A stretch of DNA of 64,000 nt from Acanthopagrus schlegelii. Taxonomy: Eukaryota. This document shows, in pieces, positions 50,966 through 64,000 of this stretch (positions are counted from its first letter, which is position 1; each line of letters starts with the position of its first letter). The translations under genes and the position numbers were made by a program. A model generated the notes under the pieces. That model was not told where the DNA came from, did not search any database, and worked only from the letters and a program-made list of their open reading frames with translations. Where the stretch lies: the NCBI GenBank assembly GCA_041753875.1, contig CM085480.1:5799958-5863957 (forward strand), read 5' to 3'.

Positions 50966-51374
50966 GTGAGTCTGTTTTTCATCAGTCAGTGTCGGGTGAA
51001 CTTGTGAGAGATGCTCGTGTCTTTATGAATATGATTTTACAGCCATGGTAAATATATTCCAGCAGCTAATGCAGCAAAATGACATATTTGAACATCTGTG
51101 GATGATGAAGAGCTGAACCATGTTTGAATTCAGGTGCAGGTTGCTCAGTATTTAGATATTTGCTGGGGAAACATCAGAGCATATTATTATAAAGACTGTA
51201 CAACACTGTTTGGACTTCAAGTTCATTTCAGCCCTCAGGTTGATATTTCATAGACTGCATGAGCAGAATGAACATCTTCCTCTGTCAGGACAAATTAGGA
51301 TGATTTTGACTCAAATATAGAACCTTTAGTCAGTATTGGTATCAGTGCATGAGTGAATCTTGATTTAATTTCAG

Positions 51375-51542
51375 ACTGGGATTTAGCTGCAGAACACTCC
51401 ACTGTCAAAGCCAACCTGACGGAGCGTCTCCAGGCCAGTAATGACAAGCTGTCCTCTGTGTCTGAAGAGAGAGACCAGCTGAATGCCAACCTCACTTCAG
51501 TGTCCAAAGAGCTGGACAGACTTCAGAGTTTGTCCAAACAGA
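51375..51542 (+). CDS. Gene E exon 3: neck, 168-nt long form (…SEERDQLNANLT…)
   Basis: Homolog of 19259-19426. Confidence 0.8.
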
Positions 51543-52375
51543 GTGAGTGCTCGCCTGCCTGTGTGTGTTCTGCACAGCTGTCTGTTAACATGAAGGACAG
51601 GAGCTGCCACGGCCTCATTTATAGAACACCTATATACAGAGACTGTGCTGATCAGACACTTGTATCCCACTCTCACTTCTGTAAATTACATTCATGTACC
51701 CATGACTTTATTCATTCTTTCAATTCATTCAAACAGGAATATATTTAAGTTAATGCACCTTTTTTACTTGGATATTTTAATAGTTTCCATATCATATATT
51801 ATTATTTTTTTCTAACGCTATGTCTTCAGTGTGGCCACTGACTGTGACAGGATCCTTCTTGAGTTTCACACTTGAAAGACTTTCAATTCCCTATAACATT
51901 GTGTGAACCACCCAATGAGAGTGCAGCCTTTTTAAGGGTGGAGTCCAATTTACAATATTTTCCCCCTCTTGAGACCTTTCCTTATTGCCTTACTTTTTGA
52001 GTTCATTGAGTTGGAAATGATACTAATGAAATTATTGTGAGGGAGCACAAAAGTATTGCTTCTATTGAAGACCTGAGAGGCAAGTCATCCAAACAGTTAG
52101 GGAACTTCAAAAGATAACCCCCCTGTAAATATTTTTTCCACCTTGTGTCATAAACATGACAGGGGAAACAATCTAGATTTTAAATAGTCTGTGAAAGTGC
52201 TGTCAAGCAATTTAGAAAATAATCTAATCAATTACAAGCTTTGTGATTAATTAAGCAAATCATGGGGTGTCTTGAGTTAGAGAAGACATCTTATACATCT
52301 CTCATCTATTTATAGATGGAGCATTCAGCTAGAGTCATTTCCTTGTAATTGCTTTTCTAGCAGCAATACCAAATA

Positions 52376-55165
52376 AGAGTTTCGTTTTAATATTTCAACA
52401 TAAAAGCCCAAAAAGCCATTCCAAATATAGTAACTAATTCTGAATAAATCTTACGCCAAAAGGCATTTACTTTTGGACAGGCCCAGAACAAGTGATAGTG
52501 GTTTGGCTTCCTGGGAGTACAAACACACTCTACAAACACTCCTAACCCTTCCAGCCAAACACCCTCCATGCAACTGAGCTCGATATCCTTCACTGAAATT
52601 CACAATATTCCTTCCAAACTTCTTATGAGATAAAACTGTTAGATTCCCTCTCCTATTTTTGTTTATATAGGTGGAGCTTGTTAACTTGATCTCTTGAAGA
52701 GCCCTGTATAGTCTTGAAATTACTTTAAGCCCTGAATCACTTTTACAGGCACTAATAAGAACCTTCAACATGCTATTTTCAAATGTCTTTTTGCATTACC
52801 TGTTTCCATTAAATTCTTAAGTCTTTTATACCCTAAGCGAGCCTGGATTAGAACAGCTCCTGACACCTTCTCTTCAATGTCTTTCCATCTTGCCGGTAAT
52901 CATGATTGCACCAACTATACAAAAACTTCAGTTGGGCTGATATACAATATTCTTTCAGGCAGGGGAGTGCAAGTCCTCCTTTGTTTTTCGTCAAGTTGAA
53001 ATCTTGGCCTTGTTTTTTTTCCCTTGCCAGATGTATCTAGATAGTAGTTTATCCCATTCATTGAACTGTCTATCTGTAATTTCAACTGAAACAGTCTGAA
53101 ACAAATATAGCACCCTAGGTAATATAGTCATTTTTACCGACTCAATCCGTGACTCAAAACCTAATACTGGGATTAAATTCTACCTCCTTATGTCTTCCTT
53201 CATCTTTTGACTGAACAAGTCATAATCTAAATCATACAAATTGGTTAGCTATTTTGGTATGTTTACTCCCAAATATTTAATAGGATTGATATCCCAATTT
53301 AATCTGAACTTGGGGCTAATGATCTGCCTAGGTCTATAGTTGAAACTTAAAATTTGGGACTTTGAAATATTCAGTTTGTATCCTGATACCAAGCTAAAGG
53401 CATCCAAAAATGACAACAATTTCAATATTGGGTGCGACAAGTAGATAAAAACGTCAACTTAATGCCTCAATTAAAATTGCAAACAGTAACAGATTTAGTG
53501 GACAGCCCTGTCTAGTCCCTCTTTCTAGGCCAAATGACTTTGATACTTCTCTGTTTATTTTTACTCTTGCCTTTTGGTTATTATAGGCTTTAATAGTTTT
53601 AATAAAGGTCTTTTGAAATTCAAATTTTCCTAATGCACTATATAAGAATTCCCAGCTGACGCTTGCCTGAAGTTTATTTTCTTAACATTATCTATTACAT
53701 GTAACGTCCAGCGAATGTTATCTTGTGTCTGCCTTTGCTGGATAAAGCCTGTCTGGTCCAGACTTATTATCTGGGGAAGGATTTTTTCGAGTCTTTTTGC
53801 CAAAATGTGTGTAAAGATTTTGTAATCCTGATGGAGCACACTCACTGGCCAATAACTTCCACACTCAGTTTTGTCTTTCCCCTCTTTTGGAGTCAGAGAA
53901 ATCACTGCAACTCTAAAAGAAGGAGGAGTTATGCCAGTCCTAACAACATGGCTGTATGTGTCCTTCATGAATGGGGTCAGCAAATAAATTTTAATTTTAA
54001 TTTCTTTGTACCACTCCGAAGGGAAACCATTGGGCCTTGCTGCCTTATTGTGTTTTAATTTGATATTGCCTTTTTAATTCCTTCATCGGTCATTTCTTTA
54101 GTTAAACCTTTATTTTGTTTGTCCCCCACTTTAGGTAGAGTTATCAGGTCTAAGAAAGCTTCCGTCTTTGTTTCATCTACTATAGATTGTGTATATAAGC
54201 TTTTATAAAAAGTTACAAAAGATTGCTGTATATCTTTTTTATTATATTGAATGGAATATGTTTTAAGGTCCCTTATTTTATTAATTGTGTTTTCAGCCTC
54301 TTGCTTTTTTAATTTGTAAGCTAGCAGTTTAGCTGTTTTTCCCCCTGCTACATAGCACCTTTGTTGAAGGAAGATCATCTTTTTTTCAATGTCGTTTGAG
54401 TAGATTTCATTCAATTCATTCTTTTTTTGTCCATCTTTGTTTTTGTTGCTTGACTCATTGTATTTTTATGCATGTTCCAATTTTTCTACTGTTTTTTTTT
54501 AGTAGCCTATAATCTCCCTCCCAAGAACCTCTTTGCAGGCATCCCACAGAATAAGTGGGGACACTCCCCCCTTATCATTTTCGTCAATGTATTCTCATCC
54601 TTATTTGCTGTCTCCTTTGATTCAGGATCTCTATGTTTAATCTCCAAATAGTATCCTTTTTTCCAATACTTAATATAAATCCATGACAACTGGGTCCCTA
54701 TCCTGCAATCTATCGCTCTATATAAATCTTAATCGATAGAAGTTGAGCCTCGAGTAAACACTAGGTGGGCGTGAAAAAAAAAGTCCCTTTTTGTGGGGTT
54801 CAGATCTCACCAAACATCAGAGAGCCCCAGCTCCTCATCATTAATTTGATATTTTGGTAGTTTTTCTTCTCCCCTGAATAAAAATGTTTCGATGTGTCGA
54901 GAGTCTGGTGAAGTCTAACATTAAGGTCTCCACTACAGTTTACAATACCCTGAGCCTCAGAGCTGACCAACTCAAAAATGTGTTTTTTAAAATTTCCATT
55001 CAGATCCTGGGGGAGCATAAACATCTATTAAAGTAGCCAGAACATCTTGCAGATATCCCCGGACTAATACAAATCTCCAAGTCTCTGTCTTTCTTTTCAT
55101 ATGTGCACTTAAAATGTGAAATTATTATATATAATTGTTACCACTCGTAGAACCCTGACTGCAGG
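52376..55165 (-). mobile_element. L1-like LINE on the minus strand, the copy-2 duplicate of 20265-23050
   Basis: ORFs 52387-52593, 53630-53983 and 54055-54414 encode the same RT and C-terminal sequences. Confidence 0.8.
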
Positions 55166-58100
55166 AGGATAAATATTGGTTAAATCCCCATCACTTGGGA
55201 TGCAGTGGAGGAGTGCAGACTGTGTTGGTGAGCTCTCGGTGGTGGAACCTATCATTTGCTTTTATCCAGATTTAACCTCACACATCTTTGGTTTATCTGC
55301 AAGAGGCGAAGCCAATAAGAGCACTTTTATATGGCAAGCTACAATTTTCGGCATACAAAGCGAAAGAAAGCTGCAACTCAAATTTCACGGTACCTGCACG
55401 CTGTAACCATAAGAAACATGGCGGACGGGGAAAAACAAATATCCTTCAGCAAATTTCTCGATGCTATTCAAGAAACTAAAAACGACCTCACAAAACATTT
55501 TGACAAGAAAACAGCATACAAACAACGTTAACGAAAATCGAGTCCTCACTCTCTACGCTGGCGGAACATGTCAAGGAGATGCACACACGAGTGAGTACGA
55601 CAACGAAGACGATATCAAAGATACCCACGACCGTGTTGCTGAAATGGAGAAACTGATAACACACCTCAAAGACAAAACTGACAATTTAGGAAACCGCAGC
55701 AGGAGGTCTAACATTGGATAGTAAATGTTCCGGAACAAGCAGTGGGTCGTCATACCATAGGATTTTTGAAAAGGTTTATACTGCAAGTCCTGGGTAACGA
55801 TCACCTCACCTGTTACACTGGAAAGAGCGCACTGCATGGGGAAAAAGTTGGACAGACTGCAGCCCCTCATCACCAAATTCCTGAACTTCAGAAGTAAAGG
55901 AGAGATGACATAGAGAACAAAAGAATATTCTTTTACCCAGATTATAGCGCAAACCTGCAGCGTAGGAGAGACGTGAAGCGGACGCTGCGAGAGAAGGTGG
56001 TGGAATACGCTCTGATCTACCCAGCCCAGCTTCACATCAAACATCTGGGAACCGTCAAGTTTTTCTCCATTCCAGCCCAAGTGCAACGTTTTTTGAAAGA
56101 ACTCCCAAGTGAGTAGCCTGACCAAAGTTACCGTTATAGACACTGATGAGGAAGAAAGGAGGAAAACAAAGGACTACAATCTGACTACACTACAAGACTT
56201 GGCTATGAAAAGGTACAAAATCAAATCTCCAACGTAGGAAGGCAAAACGGCTATGAAACAATATTACGCTAATATTACGCAGGCTAAGCTGTGAAAAATT
56301 AACAAACAAAATATCATTCCAATAGAGGAAAGAAAAGGCTATAAACTTAACTGCAAGACTGAGCTGTACTATAAAATGATTAACAAAAAATCACTCTCTA
56401 AGAAGCAAAAGAAAATACAGAATTACTGACAAGGAAAGACAAGGGTTGTGGTGAAAGTATATATACTATAAAATTAAAATACATGAGGGTGATGGGGAAC
56501 AGGTGGACACAATCAGGAATTGGGGAGACGTTCAGACTGGTGACACATGAGGAAGGGCAAGTGACCTGAAATGAGTTGCTTTTCAAAATAAAACAGGAAG
56601 TTCACGAGAAAAAAACAAAGACAAACCTCACCGCTGTGTGACACCCACAAGGCAAAACAAATTAGAAAGAGACTAACCAAATTGGAAAGAGATATTAAAA
56701 AGCAGGGAACAGGATTACATTGCCACCAAAAAGGAAGAACACCTTAATGCACTAACAAAAACAAGGATTCAATATAATAATGTACTAACAAAGAGGAAGC
56801 AGCTATGCCCAGCACTAGATATCACTATTATGAATTTGGGAACAAAACAAGTAAACTCTTGGCTTGGCAAATTAAAAAGGAAACACCTGATAACTGTAGA
56901 CACTCAATATTAACAGAGGGGGGCAGACTCCTTGATAATTCACTATCCATAAATGCAGAATTCAAACAATTTTACAAAGATTTATATAAAACTGGGCAGG
57001 ATGCTGATAATATTGGAGCAAAAAGGTTCATGGATGGAATAACCCTTCCCAAATTACAAGATGAGGGCAGAGATCTGCTTGATGCAGATATATCAAAAAT
57101 GGATATACTCCAAGCAACAATCACACTGCTACCAAAACCGGGTAAGGACAAACAGAAATGTGACTCATACAGACTCCTCAGCCTCTTAAATGCAGATTAT
57201 AAGATACAATCCAAACTAATTGCTCTAACACACACTGACGAAACAGGCTTTGTTACAAACAGGCACGGAGCAGATATTGTGCAGCGACTGCTCCACATAC
57301 TGAACACTGCTCAAAAAATATCAAAATCCTATGCTAATGATGTCTATGGATCCAAAGCATTTGACAGGATTGGACCAAGCTTTCTATTTCAGACTCTAGA
57401 GGCTATGGGCTTTGGAGAGAAATTCACTCATTCACTCATTCACTCTGTTTAATGCCCCCAAAGCTAATATTTTAACAAATGACATTGTACCTATCACTTT
57501 CTCATTATCCAGAGGGTGCTGGTAAGGCTGTCCAAGCTCCCCCCTGCTCTTTGCACTTGCAATTGAACCGTTAACCATCGGCATCCACTCCAACACCCCC
57601 ATAACCGGAATTTATTTGGCACAAATAAACAAACTTTCTCTGTATGCAGATGATCTCCTATTATATATAACTGATCCACACACATCAGTCCCCCCTCTAT
57701 TGAAATGCCTCAAAGAATATAGTGCAGTTTCAGGGTATAAATTCAATGACACTAATAGCGAGATTTAACCACTAAATATACAAGACAACAGTATTAGAGC
57801 TCTCACTGACCCACTGAAATGGCGCAACATTGGTTCCAAATATTTGGGTATACAAATTGGTAAATTGGTTGAGCATATATTTAAAAAGAACTACATAAAA
57901 TTATTGGAACAAACCAAACTTAACCTTCAAAGACTGATTGATCTCCCACTGTCTCTCATAGGCAGAATTAATACTATAAAAATGAACATTTTGCCCAAGT
58001 TTATTTACCTATTTCAGTGTCCCCCACTGAATGTTCCCAAGAGTTTCTTCAAAGAGCTTAACAAAATTATACTCCTTTTATATTGCAAAGGAAAAACCCA

Positions 58101-59131
58101 AAGTTTAAACACATCTCTCTACAGGCTCCATATTCAAGATGACGACTTAATCTACCAAATTTTAGGAATTATTATCTTGCTTCATAGTACCCATCAATCT
58201 GGATCTGGCTGCATGCAGAGAACAGTGAGGTTAGATGGGTCCCAATAGAACAACACAAGATGAAGTCTATGCCTCTAAAGGATATTCCATTCTTAGGTAC
58301 AAAAAAATGTTTAGCCACACTCACGAACAATTCAATAATACTGAACAAATTTTCTACTTGGCAATAATCTCACTCACTTCTTGACACAAATATTTCTTTT
58401 CTTAGAAGGGCCTCTTTGTGGGTAATCCCAACCTCTCACACCACATAGCTGAGTCAATGTTGCGGGGGTGGAGGGACATAGAAATCCAAACAGTTGCTGA
58501 TTTATACATTAATGATTCATTTACTAATTTCCAAAAACTAAATGAAAATTTCAACCTTCCCAAAGTTAGTTTCTTCAAATTCCTACAAATTAGAGACTGG
58601 GTTAAGGAGAAATCCAAAGAAACATTCCCATATATCCCAAAAGAATCTCCTCTTGAAACCCACCTAACAAATTACACAGATCAACAAAAGGAAAAAAATA
58701 TATATATGGTATCATCAGTGGAAAGTTGCCTTTTTATGATTATTTTAATTATTATTTTAATGACTATTGGAACAGGCACAGACTGTACTAACCTCCACAA
58801 AACACAGGCAAATTCAATTCAAATGATTCCATAGGCCATACTACACCCCTTACAGTTTACATATACATTTGTGTATGTTTCTATTGTAAAATCCAACTTT
58901 CAGTGTATCAAACTGTAGATGCTTGCTATACACCATAAACATCAGCTCTTCTGGAGCTACTGTTGATAAAAACAAATCTTACAAAAAAAAAAAAATCTCC
59001 ATCACTTAAGTTTTTCGTGTTCTGATTCTGTTAAATGGGCCTCTGGTAAGAAAGCTACGTCCACCCCCTCCCTCTTCAATTTTGTCATAACCTTGCTCCT
59101 TCTGATGGGATTTTCAAACCATTGACATTGT
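55165..59131 (+). mobile_element. L1-like LINE on the plus strand, the copy-2 duplicate of 23050-27065
   Basis: ORF1 ATG at 55418. RT ORFs at 56805-57452 and 57844-58248. Confidence 0.8.
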
Positions 59132-60360
59132 ACGTGATTATTTTAGTTGACTTCATACCTTATATTTAGTTTTGTTGTTTTAAGCCCCTGTACGCCTGTA
59201 ACTGAGTCATATCTTACACCCCTGGTGCTGTAAAGAATGATACCACAAACCATAAGGGAAACAAAACTGTTAACCTGCATCACATCACAATCAATAACAT
59301 TGTCATCCAAAATTAAGGCCTCTTTGATGGCCTCCTGGCTCTGATGGAATGTGAGTCCGACCACAAAACCTGTCCTCCATAAGCCCTTACTCTCATCTTG
59401 CTGATGCAATCAATGTCATGTACAGGAATATGTTTGATACTAGAATGTCCAAAAAATTATTCACTGCACTGTAAAAGATAACTAAAGAATGCTATAACTA
59501 TATGAATGTCATTTTTGAATTTGATTGATCTTGGCGGGGCATCCATCGGAGGATTTGAGGCGAGTGCCCGGTGCGCTCTCTTGATAATTAGCGCTGCAGA
59601 GGGAGGGAGCTCCTGGCCCTTCAACAGTAAATCTTCCACCAAAGTAATCACCAATGTCATATTTTTTTCAGCTCCTTCTTTTACCCATGTATTCTGACAT
59701 TGTCATGACATGAGGGCCCCTCTATATCAGTCAACTTAGCCTCCGTTTGTACATGAAGCGTCACCAGCTCCGATAAAACATCCTCTGCTGACTGGATTCA
59801 GGTCTCGGCTGCTTTGATTCATTTCTCTGCTTCTTCCATAATGTTACGACCCTCTAAAAAAAAGACAGCTCGTCCACAGAAGGCCCCACATAATTAATCA
59901 GTCAGGAAAATCCCAATAATTAACCAATTTATTTATAGTGCAAGCCACATTCCTTCCTCTTTTAAGTCTTCCCCTCAGTTATCAAATAAGGGCCACCTGG
60001 GAGAAAGCACAACACAACAAACAAAATGGTCAACAGAATCTCTGGTTATACCTTTCCCATCCAGCAGGGGGGGAGTATGTAAATGTTGTTGTCAATATCC
60101 TCTCGCATGCTGTTTACTTAGCAGTCCTTCCTGAATTCTCTTAGTTCTTTCAGTATTACATCCAGGTTAGCCTTTCGTGTTTGTCCCGACTCTGCGTCGG
60201 TCTGCATACTGGTCTCCATCCTGCTAATGCTGCTAACTTGCAGCGGATGACCTTCTCTTCGTCATCGTGTTTCTTACTTTGTGCGGGTATTTCTTCCCCT
60301 TTCTGATGGGCATGCTCTATCAAATGTTTTTTTTTTGTTGTTGACTATACTGCTGTTTTT
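59132..60360 (-). mobile_element. L1-like ORF1 fragment on the minus strand, the copy-2 duplicate of 27066-28300
   Basis: ORFs 59143-59409 and 59457-59660 on the minus strand. Confidence 0.6.
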
Positions 60361-60853
60361 ATTCATGCTTGTTGTTTATTGATTGTTTTTGTACTTGAAG
60401 TAAGGCAACCTTGAGTGCCATGACAGGCACCATCAAATAAAATGTATTATTATTATTATTATTATTATAGTCATTCGCCCATTATAACTCAGCTTGCTTT
60501 GACATTACTTTAATAAATCTGAGTTTATCAGACGTTAAATATTGCTGTAGGGAGCCTGCTGCCTAAGCTGCCATTATGTCACCCGCAAGAACGGAAGTCC
60601 TCAGCATAAAGATTTAACAATGTGCAAATATTGAGAGGAGATCAATAGCTTCAGTTTCTAAGATTGAAGTTATTGTCATTGAAAAATATTCTGATTTTTA
60701 TGAGTTATTTTGTTCCATTCTGATTTAAGTAAATATAAATATATACTGAATATCAATTAGCACATCAGTTAACAACATTTTCCACAACCTCCCAAGCTGG
60801 ACAACATGGACGTTGTCTGATTTTGAATGTTACTTTTTTGATGCTTTTTCTAG

Positions 60854-60996
60854 ACAGAACTTGTCCTGCAGGATGGAAGATGTTCAGTTGCACCTGCTAT
60901 CTCTTCTCCACTGAGACTGATTCTTGGGAAAATGGCAGACAAGACTGCAGAGACAGAGGAGCAGAGCTGGTGACCATTGACACTGATGAAAAACAG
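60854..60996 (+). CDS. Gene E exon 4: CRD exon 1 (N)RTCPAGWKMFSCTCYLFSTETDSWENGRQDCRDRGAELVTIDTDEKQ
   Basis: Acceptor tttctag|AC and donor aacag|GTAGTG, 143 nt long. Confidence 0.8.
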
Positions 60997-61274
60997 GTAG
61001 TGAGGAGTTTTTCCTTATATTGCTTAGATTGTGGAGTCCCCTGAGACAAATGTTTGATGTAAATAAAACTGACCCCTGCATGCCTTCTTACCTTCCTAAA
61101 TACTTTATGTGCACCTCAGTTTTTGCCCCCCATAAAAGTAAGGGAACAAATAACTGAGAGACAGAGAGATCACAAGGACATTAATAAGAAACAAAGCCCA
61201 GCAAACCTGGCAGGAGTTCATCCACTTGACCTAACACAGATAGGCGAGAGTGTGATGGTCAGTCCATGCGAGGA

Positions 61275-62325
61275 CATTATTCCTCCTGACTCTGGGAGAA
61301 GATGAGAATATGATCTAAATAAGTGAACACAAACCAGTTGTCACTGAGAACATCGTTGACCAAGGCCTGGAAGACAACAGGGGAATTGGTGCGACCAAAA
61401 GTCATGACTTGGTACTCTAAATGGCCGAGAGGATCGTCTACTAATTTCCTTCTCGTATGTGCACCCACTGATAAGCATTTCCAGGATGGCAGCCTGGTGG
61501 AGAGGTCCAAACGCTGAGTTGATGATAGGGAGGGGGTATTTGTTTTTGACTGTTGTTTCATTCATACCTTTGTAGTCGATGGCCTTATAGATCCATCTTT
61601 TTTTAGCCACATCAAAAAAGGAAGAGGGGCGAATGAGTCTGGTGGGTATGTAAGCTGTTGATATGAGTCTCCTTTGCATCTTGTTTAGGGCGGGTAAGGT
61701 TGTAAAGACAGCTTGTAGGAAGAGTAGCACCAGGAAGTAGGTCAATCTAAGAGTTATATGGTCTGTGAGAGTGCATGGCCCTTGCTAAATATGTCGCTAG
61801 GGTTGTGATAGTTGGAGGGAACAGAGGAAAGGTCATTGTGTTCAGGGGTGGCAGGAGTGGAGTGGTAGCAGGAGGGGGCAGCAGAGTGAAGGCATGGGAA
61901 TGACAAAATACACTCCATGTGATGATTCTTGAAGCTGACCAATCAATATGGGTGTTGTGCATCTAAAGCCACAGGAGACCTAAGACAACTGGGGAGTGAG
62001 GTGAAGGGCTTACAACAAAATGTATTGTCTCTCTATGAAAATGGAAAGAATGGAAAGAAGGAGAGTGGGTGGAACAGTACAATGAGTGATTTGAGCAGGT
62101 AATCTACCACCAAGTGCAAAAACAAAACCTTAGGAGAGGGAAGAGTCTCAGTGGGAATGTTAGCTTGGCAGACAAAGTCAGAGTCAATTACGTTATTGTC
62201 AGTACCCGAGTCAGTCAGTACCTGAAGTGGGAGAGTCTGTAGCTTGAGGCGAGAGGGCGTAGAGGAGGTAGGAGTCAATCGGCTCATCAGCGCCCCGCTG
62301 TTGTGTGATGACACTGGTCTTTTAT
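61275..62325 (-). mobile_element. Gypsy-type pol fragment, the copy-2 duplicate of 29250-30300
   Basis: ORFs 61277-61561, 61341-61745 and 62033-62314 on the minus strand encode the same sequences. Confidence 0.8.
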
Positions 62326-63433
62326 GCAGCTATGCGCAGAGGAAGATGGCATGAATCAATCAAATTCCTTTATTGTCCCGCATGGTGCATTGCGGCGGTG
62401 TTCGGTCTCCGCTTGGTAACAGATTGTTAATGTGGGGTTGAACCCAGAGGCAGTAGGACAGTTCAAAGTCAACATTCTCTGGCCTAGTTCATGAGCCATG
62501 AACAAAACAAGAGAGACACAAGGTGTAAACTGCAAAACTGAACCAAGTTATTAGCAAAGTAACCAAACGATACTTAAAGTCCTGATCTGACCTAAACAGG
62601 CCGACGCCAACTAAACAAAAAAAAGGTGCTCTTAAACAGGAAAGCCAAAAACAAGAGAGCTAAAAGCAGAAGAGAGGGCATCTCAAACACAGCCAGGTCA
62701 TAAATACTCCTGGGAGGACTGATCAGGTGCTCCCAGGGGTGTTGATTATCACACCAGGAACCTGCAGGACAACAGACAAACATGAGGGAAAACACACACA
62801 CCCACACACAGCAGGCCCTGCTAAAGCATGCGGGCCATCACACCATAAGGAATGGAACAAGCTGGCACAGGAGCAGTGAAGAGACAGGGTTAATACAGCA
62901 GGGGTTGATGAGATGATGACATGCAGGCGTGTCCCTCAGCTGCAGCAGGCACAAGTCAGTGGACACAGACTCACACTAGGGAGGAGCAGGTGATGGAGGA
63001 AGGAGGGGGAGCAAACAGATGTTATCAAATAACTAGCCCACATGGTAATCGTATGACTTCAGACTAACCAGAACGAAGCATTTTACGACACTCTGTTATA
63101 CACGTTACTATACATTGATCAATGTAAAAAGTTGTAAAATGAGAGTTAGAATAGTTTGTCACTAAATACGGATTGGTGATAAAAGTGTCTCCGTGTTCGA
63201 TGTGATGAAGTTTGGTTTCATTTGGTCTCATTTGGACACTTGTTAGCAACTGACTTTCTAAGACATGTAAACACTTATAAATCAAATGTAAAGTAAAAAT
63301 ATTTATTATATTCTGTTGTACTCATAAAAGTTTGAAGTGAATGTTACTGTACTGTTCAGATGAATCCATATTAAATTTGATATGGTTCAGAATTAAATAG
63401 AAACAATGGCATTATTTCCTTTACCTTGAACAG

Positions 63434-63540
63434 GAGTTGATCTCTAAATTCATCAAGGAAGATACTTGGATTGGTTTGAATGACAAAGACGAGGAGGGGA
63501 CCTGGAGATGGATAGATGGAACTCCATCACCGACTGTGGT
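63434..63540 (+). CDS. Gene E exon 5: CRD exon 2 ELISKFIKEDTWIGLNDKDEEGTWRWIDGTPSPTV(V)
   Basis: Homolog of 31315-31421. Confidence 0.8.
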
Positions 63541-63651
63541 GTAAGGCAAAGAGAAGATGTTCAACACCTGATTTCAATATTGACACATATACAATGTTTG
63601 AATAATAGTTATCAGAATCAGACTGACTCACTTCCTTTAATAACCTCCTAG

Positions 63652-63808
63652 GTACTGGTTGGAAAAACAGCCTGATAATGGTGGTCGAAGCCAAAAGTGG
63701 GGCGAAGAGGACTGTATACACCTCGTATTTGGTGTGAATGTCAAAAAAAACTGGAATGATGTGCGGTGTGATAAGCCTTTGAAGTGGATCTGTGCCAAAA
63801 TGCCTTAG
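63652..63808 (+). CDS. Gene E exon 6, intact: YWLEKQPDNGGRSQKWGEEDCIHLVFGVNVKKNWNDVRCDKPLKWICAKMP*
   Basis: The frame is continuous to TAG at 63806-63808. It has no homopolymer frameshift, unlike gene C. Confidence 0.8.
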
Positions 63809-63844
63809 TATTTACATGAACTTTGAAACAAAGCATTTATGAAT

Positions 63845-63983
<139 letters not shown>

Positions 63984-64000
63984 ACTGTCTGGCTGAGTGA

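Overview
This window is eukaryotic, most likely teleost-fish, genomic DNA. It has introns with GT/AG boundaries, microsatellites, Tc1-like and L1-like transposon remnants, and an AATAAA signal in the 3'UTR. I see no prokaryotic features. It carries a tandem cluster of type II transmembrane C-type lectin genes that resemble the CD209/CLEC4 family. I recognise the family but cannot assign a gene symbol. The window holds one partial gene (A, last exon only) and four complete six-exon genes (B, C, D, E), all on the + strand. The exon pattern is cytoplasmic tail, then TM, then coiled-coil neck, then three CRD exons. Genes B and C sit on one ~32.1 kb segment (about 4150-36250). Genes D and E sit on a second, nearly identical segment (about 36250 to beyond 64000). 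This is a recent two-copy tandem segmental duplication stacked on an older B/C duplication. Gene A has an EPN (mannose-type) sugar-binding motif, whereas B to E have QPD (galactose-type) with WND. Gene C has a one-nucleotide homopolymer frameshift in its last exon, so it is either a pseudogene or a sequencing error; its duplicate, gene E, is intact. Intron 3 of genes C and E has grown from about 3 kb to about 9.4 kb through nested L1-like LINEs in opposite orientations. The intron between exons 4 and 5 of these genes holds a Ty3/gypsy protease+RT fragment. A 5'-truncated Tc1-like transposase remnant abuts the promoter-proximal region of C and E. Other content includes several microsatellites and several short interspersed repeat families. 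There is also a CpG-rich island between genes, and a ~2.45 kb segment present only in copy 1.
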